Counted from the stretch's first letter, positions 44,501-52,569 are shown. The stretch is DNA of 54,787 nt from Actinomycetes bacterium (GCA_030432975.1 JAUILS010000001.1:1-54787); one strand, 5' to 3'. A program made the numbers and translations. The notes: a model not told the origin generated them from the sequence alone.

Positions 44501-45595
44501 GAGCGGCGCCAGGACGCCGTCGAGCAGGCCGCGCACCTCGGCGGCGCCCCAGCCCTGGGCGGCACCGGCGTGGCCCGCGGTCACCATCAGGACGCCCACG
44601 AGCAGGCCGGACACCAGGAACGTGCGGTGCGGGTTGTCGCGGCGGACGACGCCCGCGACGCCGAGCGCGATGACCAGGGTGCTGTTGAGGATCGGTGCGG
44701 CGTCGGAGATGAGGTCGTTGCCGGCGCGCCACCGCGGCTCGACGTAGGGGATCCAGGCCGAGGTGCCGCGCAGCACGTTGAAGAGGGTGGTGGGGTACGT
44801 CGTGACGCCGCTGCTCTCGATGTAGTCGAGGAACGGCGGGCTGTAGGCGCCCAGCAGGAACAGCGGGACCAGCCACCACAGGCAGGCCAGCAGCGTGGTG
44901 AGCGGCCACCAGAGCATCAGGGTGCGGCGGCGCGGCCCCGCCTCGCGGGTGAGCAGCCACACCACACCCAGCGGGATCACGGCGAAGGTGGCCGCCGCGT
45001 TGACCCCGCCGACCATCCCCACCGCCAGGCCCGCGGCGATCGCGGCCCGCCTGGCGGACCCCTGCCGCGAGCCGTGGACGAGGGCCAGCAGCACCCAGGG
45101 GGCGACGGCCGAGGGCCAGGCCTCGATCGAGATCGGCCCGACCGTCGTCAGCAGGCGGGGGGAGAGGGCGTAGGCGAACCCGGTGACCAGCAGGGCGGTG
45201 TCGCCGCGCGTCCCGAGGGCGCGGGCCAGGCGGGCCGCGCCCTGGAACGCGACCACGAGGACCAGGGCCTGCCACAGGCGCTGCACCAGCCACCCGGGGA
45301 CCCCGAGCGCCTCGCCGAGCAGGAAGAACGGCCCCATCGGCCAGAGGTAGCCGTAGGTCTGGTTGCCCACCTGGCCGAACGCTCCGGTGGGGTCCCAGAG
45401 GGTGAGGGCGCGGGCCAGGCTGGTCGCCGGGTCCACGACCAGGTCGAGCTTGGTGTCGGCCACCATCCGCCCGGCGTCCTGGACGACGCAGGCGGCCAGC
45501 AGCAGCGCCGAGGCGGCGAGCAGCCGGAGGCCCGTCCGGGAGCGCGCCTCGTCCGATGCGGGTGGTGCGTGGCTGGCACCGGCGAGGCGAGACAT
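41408..45595 (-). CDS. aftD: AftD-like (DUF3367) GT-C glycosyltransferase, 1395 aa, with extracellular carbohydrate-binding-like modules
   Basis: DTKLDL, GQVGNQTYGYLWPMGPFF, GGVNAAAT, FLDYIES, LRNVHKFDP, DGDPDSAW, DGWQQG; family is clear but the donor sugar is not. Confidence 0.85.
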   Translation of the reverse strand: MSRLAGASHAPPASDEARSRTGLRLLAASALLLAACVVQDAGRMVADTKLDLVVDPATSLARALTLWDPTGAFGQVGNQTYGYLWPMGPFFLLGEALGVPGWLVQRLWQALVLVVAFQGAARLARALGTRGDTALLVTGFAYALSPRLLTTVGPISIEAWPSAVAPWVLLALVHGSRQGSARRAAIAAGLAVGMVGGVNAAATFAVIPLGVVWLLTREAGPRRRTLMLWWPLTTLLACLWWLVPLFLLGAYSPPFLDYIESSGVTTYPTTLFNVLRGTSAWIPYVEPRWRAGNDLISDAAPILNSTLVIALGVAGVVRRDNPHRTFLVSGLLVGVLMVTAGHAGAAQGWGAAEVRGLLDGVLAPLRNVHKFDPVVRLPLVLGLGHLVAVVMEDWHRRRAEPPSRPSRWESLSRLGPAWLAVVAVTGAALPLAVGRLMPAESFDGIPDYWQETAAWLADQQPGSDGPGQESDVGADAGGRALLVPGSSFGDYTWGNTQDEPLQPLALSPWAVRNAIPLTPGGTIRALDAVEERLQRGEGSAALTAYLRRMGVRWLVLRNDLDRSTDVIDPTLVHQAVATSPGISFRTAFGPLVGGEARLDFGDQEAVVAHGWQDQYAAVEVFEVAPEAAVSTAEGLPVVVGGPEDLLTLSEQGVLDDQPVRLGVDTDPTTDPEAPVVLTDGLRRRDRVFGRLHDAVTPTLTDAETASLSPVRDYRLTDDDGAWRTRARVEGVAGVRASSSLALSRGVANRRVTAGPYAAFDGDPDSAWISDPGRGGTPWLRIELKRPTDVGELELTVGPEPSTTSELEVRTQQGSTEPTFVEPGDRLTLDLPAGTTSWVEVRESSGQPGRELSLAEVHLAGVPVRRWLVTPPVPAAWGAPDVVSLDNGIDGSSGCVTIDGGLRCTPGRQSIGEDSGIMRRIVALPQPAIYDLAVRAVPRPGSVVQELLTRDSLVDVAASSSATTSVSAAGPLATIDDDPTTTWVSSPIDGSPSLDLTLVEPRRISRITLALDPEAPARRPTAVRVDYPGGSQLVSLDADGEGRLDPVRVDRVTLTVDRSTEVRSIGFDGSVTNLGVGVSEIELNGRPVGPVGVGTEPVDYGCGSGPELRLNVHRVVRTAVVAAPVDVHRGRPVLARPCATGPLRLEAGRNRVRLRASEAFSPQTLVLTRLGSPDTLVDPPAPVTPAADGTLPVGPDARFLVLRHNANPGWEASAGDEALSPLVVDGWQQGFALGAEAEPVRVDYAPETAYRQGLVAGAVALALALLLLVVTLRRPGRTDHPPLGPSRWAPAVATAGWLAVGGVLAGTVGAVVLLATAGLLWAARSRWDVASAVALLPLLLVGGWYAVRPWGGTLSWAGSSPVAQWLMLVPLAVVATAAVLDRPSVRKRDSGRSTSQ

Positions 45596-45766
45596 GTCGC
45601 GCAGACTCTACTGCCCGCCCGAGCCCCCGAGCCGCGGTCGCGGTGGCCGTCGTACCCGCCGGCCCGCTGACGCTACTGGTCAGTAGATTTTGCGGTGTGC
45701 CTCCTTCTGCACGCTCGGAGTTCCTGCTAATGTGCGGCGACTCATGTCGGAGCCGGGAGGCACAAC

Positions 45767-46660
45767 GTGCGCAAGATCGTCAGTGGGCTGCTCATGGCCC
45801 TGGGTGGATTTCTTCTCGTCGCGGCGGTGGTCGCCACCACCTGGGCGCCCGGCCAGGCCAAGCGGGCCCCGCTCGACACGGACTCGGTGACCCGGCTCTC
45901 CGGCACCGCGGCCGCGCTGCCCAACGGTGACACCAACCAGAGCGTGCGCGCGGTGAGCGTCACCAAGGCCGACTCCGAGGCCTCCGACGACGACATCGTC
46001 GTCTACGCCAGCTACACCTGCCTGGTGGTCGACACCCCCGGCACGCCCGACTGCGGCGAGCCCGGCTTCGACGAGGAGGCCGACCCCAACCTGGTGACCG
46101 CGGGCGAGCCCGAGGTGTTCGCGACCGACCGGCGCACCGGCGTGGCCGTCAACGACAGCGCCTACCTCCCCGAGGGCACCCCCGCGACGGAGGGCCTGGT
46201 CAACAAGTTCCCCTTCGACACCGAGCAGGAGTCCTACGAGTTCTGGGACGGCGTGCTCGACGCGACCGTGACCACGGAGTTCGAGGAGGTCGAGGAGGTC
46301 AACGGGCTGGAGACCTACCGCTTCCACTACGTCGTCACCGACGAGCCGGCCAAGATCTCCGGCGACATCGAGGGCCTCTACAGCATGGACAAGACCATGT
46401 GGATCGAGCCCAAGACCGGCCAGATCATCGACCAGGAGCAGCACGACGTCCGTAAGATCGGCGACCAGACGCTGCTCGACGTCAACCTCTCCTTCACCGA
46501 CGAGCAGGTGCAGGTCAACGTCGACGACGCCAACGACAACCTGTCCACCCTGTCGCTGATCACCTCGACCATCCCGCTGATCGGCTTCATCGGGGGCCCG
46601 CTGCTGATCCTGGGTGGCGTGGCGCTGCTGATGACCGGGCGCCGCAAGGCCGACGCCTGA
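45767..46660 (+). CDS. DUF3068 family membrane-anchored protein (Rv0227c-like)
   Basis: N- and C-terminal TM helices, acidic loop, DRRTG, KFPFDTE, WIEPKTGQII. Confidence 0.85.
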   Translation: MRKIVSGLLMALGGFLLVAAVVATTWAPGQAKRAPLDTDSVTRLSGTAAALPNGDTNQSVRAVSVTKADSEASDDDIVVYASYTCLVVDTPGTPDCGEPGFDEEADPNLVTAGEPEVFATDRRTGVAVNDSAYLPEGTPATEGLVNKFPFDTEQESYEFWDGVLDATVTTEFEEVEEVNGLETYRFHYVVTDEPAKISGDIEGLYSMDKTMWIEPKTGQIIDQEQHDVRKIGDQTLLDVNLSFTDEQVQVNVDDANDNLSTLSLITSTIPLIGFIGGPLLILGGVALLMTGRRKADA

Positions 46661-46687
46661 GCGGGACGGGCTGACCGTCCGGGCGGT

Positions 46688-47515
46688 CTAGGGCCGCGGT
46701 CGGTAGGCCGCGGCGAAGATCGCCGTGCCCGGCGTGAGCCGTCCGCGTAGCGCCGACCAGCCACCCCAGACCCGTTCGTGGTCGTCGGGCCAGCGGGGCT
46801 CGAGCAGCCGCTGCAACGCGAAGTCGTGCCGGCTGAGCACGTCGACCCAGTCCTCGAGGGTGCGGTGGTGCTCGACGTAGCTCACCACGTCGCTGGCGTC
46901 GGCCACCTCGACGTACGGCGTCCGGTCCCAGTAGGACTGTGACGCCGTCAACCCGGGCTCCCCGGGGTCGTCGGGGAACATCCAGCGGGTGGGGTGGGTG
47001 ATCGAGAAGGCGTAGCGCCCGTCGGGGCGCAGCACGCGCGCGGTCTCCGCGACGGCGACGTCGAGGTCGGCGACGAACTGGAGCGCGCCGAAGGAGGAGA
47101 ACACCACGTCGAAGGAGTCGTCGCGGAACGGCAGGGCGGTCGCGGTGCCGAGCACCGACGGCACGTGGACGCCGGTGGCGTCGTCGATCCGCCGGGAGTG
47201 CTGCAGCTGACGCATCGACAGGTCCAGCCCGACCGCGCGTCCGCCCTGGGCGGTCACCCAGCGCGAGCACTGGCCGGCGCCGGACCCGACCTCGAGCACG
47301 TCGCGTCCGGCGAGGTCGCCGAGGACTCCGGCCTCGGCCTCGGTCAGCCCCTCGGGCCCCCACACGAAGCCGACGTCCCCGAGGAAGCGGCCGTGGGTGG
47401 CTTGGTACTCGTCGGCGTAGCGGTCCCAGTCGGGGCCGTTGGCCCGCCGGGACTCCTGCTCGCTCACGGGCCGGCGTTCGACGCGCACCGGAGCCGGGGC
47501 CGCGAACTCCTCCAC
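46688..47515 (-). CDS. Class I SAM methyltransferase
   Basis: LEVGSGAGQCSRW, LPFRDDSFDVVFS, HP; -10 TAGGGT 6 nt before GTG. Confidence 0.9.
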   Translation of the reverse strand: MEEFAAPAPVRVERRPVSEQESRRANGPDWDRYADEYQATHGRFLGDVGFVWGPEGLTEAEAGVLGDLAGRDVLEVGSGAGQCSRWVTAQGGRAVGLDLSMRQLQHSRRIDDATGVHVPSVLGTATALPFRDDSFDVVFSSFGALQFVADLDVAVAETARVLRPDGRYAFSITHPTRWMFPDDPGEPGLTASQSYWDRTPYVEVADASDVVSYVEHHRTLEDWVDVLSRHDFALQRLLEPRWPDDHERVWGGWSALRGRLTPGTAIFAAAYRPRP

Positions 47516-47583
47516 GCGCCGACCCTACCGCCGGGTGGGGCAATGTCCCGCCCCGCGGGTTACCGGCAGGTACGGTGTGCGCC

Positions 47584-49677
47584 ATGCCACGCCTGCTCAC
47601 CGCCGCGCTCGCGGCCGCCGCCCTGCTCGTCGCGACGCTGGCGGGGGGCGGTGGAGCCTCCGGATCCCCCGCCGCCGCGGCTCCGGCGCCGGCCACCGGG
47701 CTGGCCGTGAGCGGCACCGGGGTCGGGATGTTCCCCGCCTTCGACCCCGCCGTCACGCGTTACGCCGTCACCTCCACGGCCGCGACGGGCGACGTCACCG
47801 TGCAGGTGTCCACCGAGCCCGGGGCGACCGTCCGGGTCAACGGCGCCGAGGCGCCGGGCGGGACCGCCACCGTCGGCGGCCTCGAGGACGGCGACGAGAT
47901 CTCGGTGCTGGTCGACGACGACGCGGGCACCACGGCGTACTCCCTGGTCTTCCTGCCGGCGGACTTCCCGACGCTGGAGGCGGTCACCTCCGGCCCGGTC
48001 ACCCCCGGCCACGTGCTGCTGACGCTGGGGCTCTGGGTCGTGCCCGGGGCGCCGTACTTCGAGACCGCGGTCGACGAGCACGGCGTGCCGGCCTACGTGC
48101 AGGCGAGCACCGGCGCCCTGGACCTCAAGCGGCTCTCCAACGGTCACTACCTGGTGGCCCGCGGGCAGGCGGTCGGCACCCTGCGCGGCGTCGACTACGT
48201 CGAGCTCGACGAGACCTTCACCGAGGTGGCGCGCTACCGCACCGTGGGGCTGCAGAACACCGACGGCCACGACATGATCCTGCTCCCCGACGGCTCGCAC
48301 TACCTGATGGCCTACGAGCCCGACGGCAACGGCAACACCGACGCGATCGTGCAGCACATCTCCGCCGCCGGCGACGTGCTGTTCTCCTGGAACAGCGCCG
48401 ACCACCTGGACATCCCGGCCGAGACCGTGTTCCCGAAGCCGGCTGAGGGAGACTGGGACTACGCGCACATCAACTCGTTCCAGGTGATGGCCGACGGCGA
48501 CCTGCTGATGTCGTTCCGGCACACCAGCTCGGTGCTCAAGGTGGCGCGCACCGCCCACGACGGCTTCGAGGCGGGCGAGGTGGTGTGGCGGCTCGGGGGC
48601 CGCGACAGCGACTTCACCTTCGCCGACGGCACCGCCGGCCCCTGCGCCCAGCACACGGCCAGCGAGCTGCCGGGCGGAGACGTGATGGTCTTCGACAACG
48701 GTGCTCTCGAGGCCTTCAACGCCGGTGCCCTCTGCCCCGACCCGGCCGACCCCAGCAGCGACGAGATGGTCGACCGGGTGCCCACCCGGGTGGCGGTCTT
48801 CCGGCCCAACACGACGACGGGGGTGGCGACCACGGTGCGCGACATCCGCATCGGCGACCGCTACGCCGTCTTCGCCGGGTCCGCGGAGCCGCTGGCCGGC
48901 GACCACGTGCTGATCGGGTGGGCGTCGAGCCGCGACGCCGTCGCCACCGAGGTCGACGACAGCGATGCCACCGTGTGGGAGCTCACCGACACCAACCCGG
49001 TCGCCAACGACCGCTACTTCACCTACCGCGCGACGAAGGCCGTGGTGCCCGACGCGATCGACCCGGAGGTCACGGTGACCGTGCCGGGCGGGGGCGTCGT
49101 GGTGCAGGGGTCCGGGGCGGCCGCGAAGGTCTCCTGCACCGACCGCGGCGGCTCCACGCTCCAGACGTGCGACGTGACGCAGGTCGACACCAGCACGCTG
49201 GGCGACCACCAGGTCAGCGTCACCGCGACCGACGGCGCCGGCAACACCACCACGGTCACCCAGGACTACACGGTCGTGCCGGTGCCGCAGCCCGACGCCT
49301 TCGTCAAGCGCAGCGGCAGCCGGACCCTGGTCGGTCAGGGCGTCTACGGCGGCGTCAAGGAGCAGACGCTCAAGGCCTCACTGCCGCGCGGCACACGCAA
49401 GCTGGTCGCGGTGGTCAAGGTGCGCAACGACGGCGACGCGGCCTCGCGGTTCGGGCTGGCGGCCAGCAAGAAGGGCCGCGGGCTCGCCGTCACCTTCGCG
49501 GGCCTGCGCGGCAAGACTCCCCGGCTCGACCCGGGGGAGACCTACACGCTGCGGGTGGAGATGCGGCGTACGTCGCGGACCCGGCCCGGCCGCACCGCCA
49601 CGGCACAGGTGCGGGCGCGGTCGCTGCGCGACGACACGGTGACCGACGCCGTGCGCGTCCAGGTCAAGGTGCGCTGA
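47584..49677 (+). CDS. Secreted arylsulfate sulfotransferase (ASST-like) with cadherin-like N-terminal and Ig-like C-terminal domains
   Basis: Signal peptide; PAFDPAVTRY; DGHD, DYAHINS, SFRH, AQH, FDNG, YRA motifs of ASST propellers; -10 TACGGT 7 nt before ATG. Confidence 0.8.
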   Translation: MPRLLTAALAAAALLVATLAGGGGASGSPAAAAPAPATGLAVSGTGVGMFPAFDPAVTRYAVTSTAATGDVTVQVSTEPGATVRVNGAEAPGGTATVGGLEDGDEISVLVDDDAGTTAYSLVFLPADFPTLEAVTSGPVTPGHVLLTLGLWVVPGAPYFETAVDEHGVPAYVQASTGALDLKRLSNGHYLVARGQAVGTLRGVDYVELDETFTEVARYRTVGLQNTDGHDMILLPDGSHYLMAYEPDGNGNTDAIVQHISAAGDVLFSWNSADHLDIPAETVFPKPAEGDWDYAHINSFQVMADGDLLMSFRHTSSVLKVARTAHDGFEAGEVVWRLGGRDSDFTFADGTAGPCAQHTASELPGGDVMVFDNGALEAFNAGALCPDPADPSSDEMVDRVPTRVAVFRPNTTTGVATTVRDIRIGDRYAVFAGSAEPLAGDHVLIGWASSRDAVATEVDDSDATVWELTDTNPVANDRYFTYRATKAVVPDAIDPEVTVTVPGGGVVVQGSGAAAKVSCTDRGGSTLQTCDVTQVDTSTLGDHQVSVTATDGAGNTTTVTQDYTVVPVPQPDAFVKRSGSRTLVGQGVYGGVKEQTLKASLPRGTRKLVAVVKVRNDGDAASRFGLAASKKGRGLAVTFAGLRGKTPRLDPGETYTLRVEMRRTSRTRPGRTATAQVRARSLRDDTVTDAVRVQVKVR

Positions 49678-49905
49678 GCGGGGGAGCGGGACCGGCGGTG
49701 GCGCCCGCGAGTTGGACTCCGTCCACCGCCGCCGCGTAGGCTTACCGTTCGCCAGAGGTCTGCCCACGTCCCAGACGGAGTGGATCAGGGCTCGCTATCA
49801 GCGCTCCGCCGTCATTGTCGGCCCGGGGACACGAACCATCGGTAGTGAAACCAGCCCTTCGGCATGCCCGCACGACACCTATCCACCCAAGGACCCAGTT
49901 CCCCT

Positions 49906-51384
49906 ATGACGAGCAGCCTCACCACTCCTCTTGCCGAGACCGACGCCCCGCAGGTGGCGGTCAACGACATCGGTTCGGAGGAGGACTTCCTCGCCGCGAT
50001 CGACGAGACCATCAAGTACTTCAACGACGGCGACATCGTGGATGGCACCGTCGTCAAGGTCGACCGGGACGAGGTCCTGCTCGACATCGGCTACAAGACC
50101 GAGGGCGTCATCCCCTCGCGCGAGCTGTCCATCAAGCACGACGTCGACCCGGCCGAGGTCGTCACCGTCGGCGACGCGGTCGAGGCCCTGGTTCTCCAGA
50201 AGGAGGACAAGGAGGGCCGGCTGATCCTGTCCAAGAAGCGCGCTCAGTACGAGCGGGCCTGGGGCACGATCGAGCAGGTCAAGGAGGAGGACGGCGTCGT
50301 CGAGGGCACCGTCATCGAGGTCGTCAAGGGCGGCCTGATCCTCGACATCGGCCTGCGCGGCTTCCTCCCGGCGTCGCTGGTGGAGATGCGTCGCGTGCGC
50401 GACCTGCAGCCCTACGTCGGCCAGACGCTCGAGGCGAAGATCATCGAGCTCGACAAGAACCGCAACAACGTGGTGCTCTCGCGCCGCGCGTGGCTGGAGC
50501 AGACCCAGTCCGAGGTGCGGCACGGCTTCCTCACCCAGCTGGGCAAGGGCCAGATCCGCAAGGGCGTGGTCTCCTCGATCGTCAACTTCGGTGCGTTCGT
50601 GGACCTCGGCGGCGTCGACGGTCTGGTGCACGTCTCCGAGCTGTCCTGGAAGCACATCGACCACCCGAGCGAGGTCGTGGCCGTCGGTGACGAGGTCACC
50701 GTCGAGGTGCTCGACGTCGACATGGACCGCGAGCGGGTCTCGCTGTCGCTCAAGGCGACGCAGGAGGACCCCTGGCAGCACTTCGCCCGCACCCACCAGA
50801 TCGGCCAGATCGTGCCGGGCAAGGTCACCAAGCTGGTGCCGTTCGGCTCGTTCGTCCGGGTCGAGGAGGGCATCGAGGGCCTGGTGCACATCTCCGAGCT
50901 GGCCGAGCGCCACGTGGAGATCCCCGAGCAGGTCGTCCAGGTCAACGACTCGGTGATGGTCAAGATCATCGACATCGACCTCGAGCGTCGCCGGATCTCG
51001 CTGTCGCTCAAGCAGGCCAACGAGACGGCCGTCGCCACCGACGTCGAGGAGTTCGACCCGACGCTCTACGGCATGACCGCGACCTACGACGAGCAGGGCA
51101 ACTACGTCTACCCCGAGGGCTTCGACCCCGAGACGGGCGAGTGGCTCGAGGGCTACGACGAGCAGCGCGCCACCTGGGAGGAGCAGTACGCCCAGGCCCA
51201 CGCCCGCTGGGAGGCCCACGTCAAGCAGCAGAAGGAGGCCGCGCAGGCGGAGGTCGAGGCCGGCGAGGCCACGTCGTACTCCTCGGCCTCCGGCAGCGAG
51301 GAGACTCAGCCCGAGACGGGTGGCTCCCTGGCCTCCGACGAGGCGCTGCAGGCGCTCCGCGAGAAGCTCACCGGCGGCAACTGA
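49906..51384 (+). CDS. rpsA: 30S ribosomal protein S1
   Basis: QVAVNDIGSEEDFLAAID, four S1 repeats, C-terminal LASDEALQALREKL. Confidence 0.99.
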   Translation: MTSSLTTPLAETDAPQVAVNDIGSEEDFLAAIDETIKYFNDGDIVDGTVVKVDRDEVLLDIGYKTEGVIPSRELSIKHDVDPAEVVTVGDAVEALVLQKEDKEGRLILSKKRAQYERAWGTIEQVKEEDGVVEGTVIEVVKGGLILDIGLRGFLPASLVEMRRVRDLQPYVGQTLEAKIIELDKNRNNVVLSRRAWLEQTQSEVRHGFLTQLGKGQIRKGVVSSIVNFGAFVDLGGVDGLVHVSELSWKHIDHPSEVVAVGDEVTVEVLDVDMDRERVSLSLKATQEDPWQHFARTHQIGQIVPGKVTKLVPFGSFVRVEEGIEGLVHISELAERHVEIPEQVVQVNDSVMVKIIDIDLERRRISLSLKQANETAVATDVEEFDPTLYGMTATYDEQGNYVYPEGFDPETGEWLEGYDEQRATWEEQYAQAHARWEAHVKQQKEAAQAEVEAGEATSYSSASGSEETQPETGGSLASDEALQALREKLTGGN

Positions 51385-51424
51385 GCGGTCGCCACGGGCG
51401 GCTCCGCGAGCCGCCACCGACAGA

Positions 51425-51468
51425 CCGAGGACGGGTCGGACCCCTGCGGGGGACCGGCCCGTCCTCGG
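51425..51468 (+). terminator. rpsA terminator hairpin
   Basis: CCGAGGACGGGTCGG...CCGGCCCGTCCTCGG followed by CATTT. Confidence 0.75.
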
Positions 51469-51482
51469 CATTTCGGGAGGAA

Positions 51483-51561
51483 GCGACGCGTCGGTGCGAA
51501 ACACGCGACGCGTCGGTTGCGCCATCCGCGACGCGTCGGCGGGAAACACGCGACGCCTCGC
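51483..51561. repeat. Four copies of GCGACGCGTCGG at 22/23-bp period
   Basis: Copies start at 51483, 51505, 51528 and 51550 (last one degenerate); core CGACGCGTCG is a palindrome. Confidence 0.9.
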
Positions 51562-51575
51562 CTAGGGTGGAGCCC

Positions 51576-52469
51576 GTGCCGGAGACGACCGCCCCCGCGG
51601 GCAAGACCCACGTGCTGGGGGTGGGTGCCCAGAAGGCCGGCACGTCGTGGCTGCACGACTATCTCGCCCGGTCGCCGCAGGTGGCCACCGGACCGCTGAA
51701 GGAGTACCACCTCTTCGACGTGCTCGACCTCGACTCGGCCGCCGGTCTGCGTGAGACGATGCTGGGCAAGGCCGAGCGGGCGCTGGCCCGCCTGGCCAAG
51801 GGGGCCGACCAGGCCCGGCCGCCCGACGCCCCCGCGCTGCTGCGCACCGTCTTCTACGCCGACCCGACGGCGTACTTCGACCACGTGGCGGGGCTGCTCG
51901 CGCCGGACGGCATCCGCGCCACCACCGACCTCACCCCGGCGTACGCCGGCCTGTCGGCGGAGCGCTTCACCGCGATCAAGGACGAGCTCGCCGCCCGGGG
52001 GATCGGCGTCCACGTGGTCTTCCTGCTGCGGGACCCGGTCGAGCGGATCTGGTCGGCGGAGCGGATGTTTCACCGCAACCACCCCGAGCAGGAGCGCGTC
52101 GAGACCGTGGAGGAGCGGGTGCTGCGCACCTTCGACCACCCCTTCCACGAGGTGCGCACGCGCTACCACGACACCCTCGCCGTGCTCGACCGCGCCTTCG
52201 CGCCCGACGAGGTCACCGTCGTGCTCTACGAGCGCCTCTTCGACGCCGACACCCTCGCCCGGCTGTGTGGGCGGATCGGCATCGACCCGCCGGCCGCCGA
52301 CCTCGACCACCGGGTCAACAGCTCGCCGAAGCGCGACGGGCTCTCCGCCGAGACCGTCGCCCGGGTGGCGCACCACTACGCCGACGTCTATGCCGCCGCG
52401 GCCGACCGGCTGGGTGCCGAGCAGATCCGCGGGGCCTGGCCGCACGCCTCGCTGGTGCTGCCCGCCTGA
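51576..52469 (+). CDS. PAPS-dependent sulfotransferase family protein
   Basis: 5'-PSB loop GAQKAGTSWL, KEYHLFD, 3'-PB LRDPVERIWS, LYE; -10 TAGGGT 7 nt before GTG. Confidence 0.85.
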   Translation: MPETTAPAGKTHVLGVGAQKAGTSWLHDYLARSPQVATGPLKEYHLFDVLDLDSAAGLRETMLGKAERALARLAKGADQARPPDAPALLRTVFYADPTAYFDHVAGLLAPDGIRATTDLTPAYAGLSAERFTAIKDELAARGIGVHVVFLLRDPVERIWSAERMFHRNHPEQERVETVEERVLRTFDHPFHEVRTRYHDTLAVLDRAFAPDEVTVVLYERLFDADTLARLCGRIGIDPPAADLDHRVNSSPKRDGLSAETVARVAHHYADVYAAAADRLGAEQIRGAWPHASLVLPA

Positions 52470-52533
52470 CGGCGCGGACGAGCCGTCTCCCGGACGGGCC
52501 GTCGACGACCGACCGACGGGCTCGGTGTGACGG

Positions 52534-52563
52534 TTGACACACCGCCGCGGACGGTCCTACGTT
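52534..52563 (+). promoter_or_regulatory. Housekeeping sigma-type promoter of the GH6 gene
   Basis: TTGACA-N18-TACGTT. Confidence 0.75.
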
Positions 52564-52569
52564 CGGTGG

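Noticed and set aside
32900-46660. Glycosylation cluster as a recently acquired genomic island
   Set aside because: Composition looks host-like by eye, and there are no mobility genes or flanking direct repeats.
51483-51561. Palindrome array as a mini-CRISPR
   Set aside because: Repeats of 12 bp and spacers of 10-11 bp are far too short, and two spacers are near-duplicates.
51141-51575. 442-aa version of the sulfotransferase overlapping rpsA
   Set aside because: The extension crosses the rpsA end, its terminator and the repeat array; a -10 box supports the GTG at 51576.
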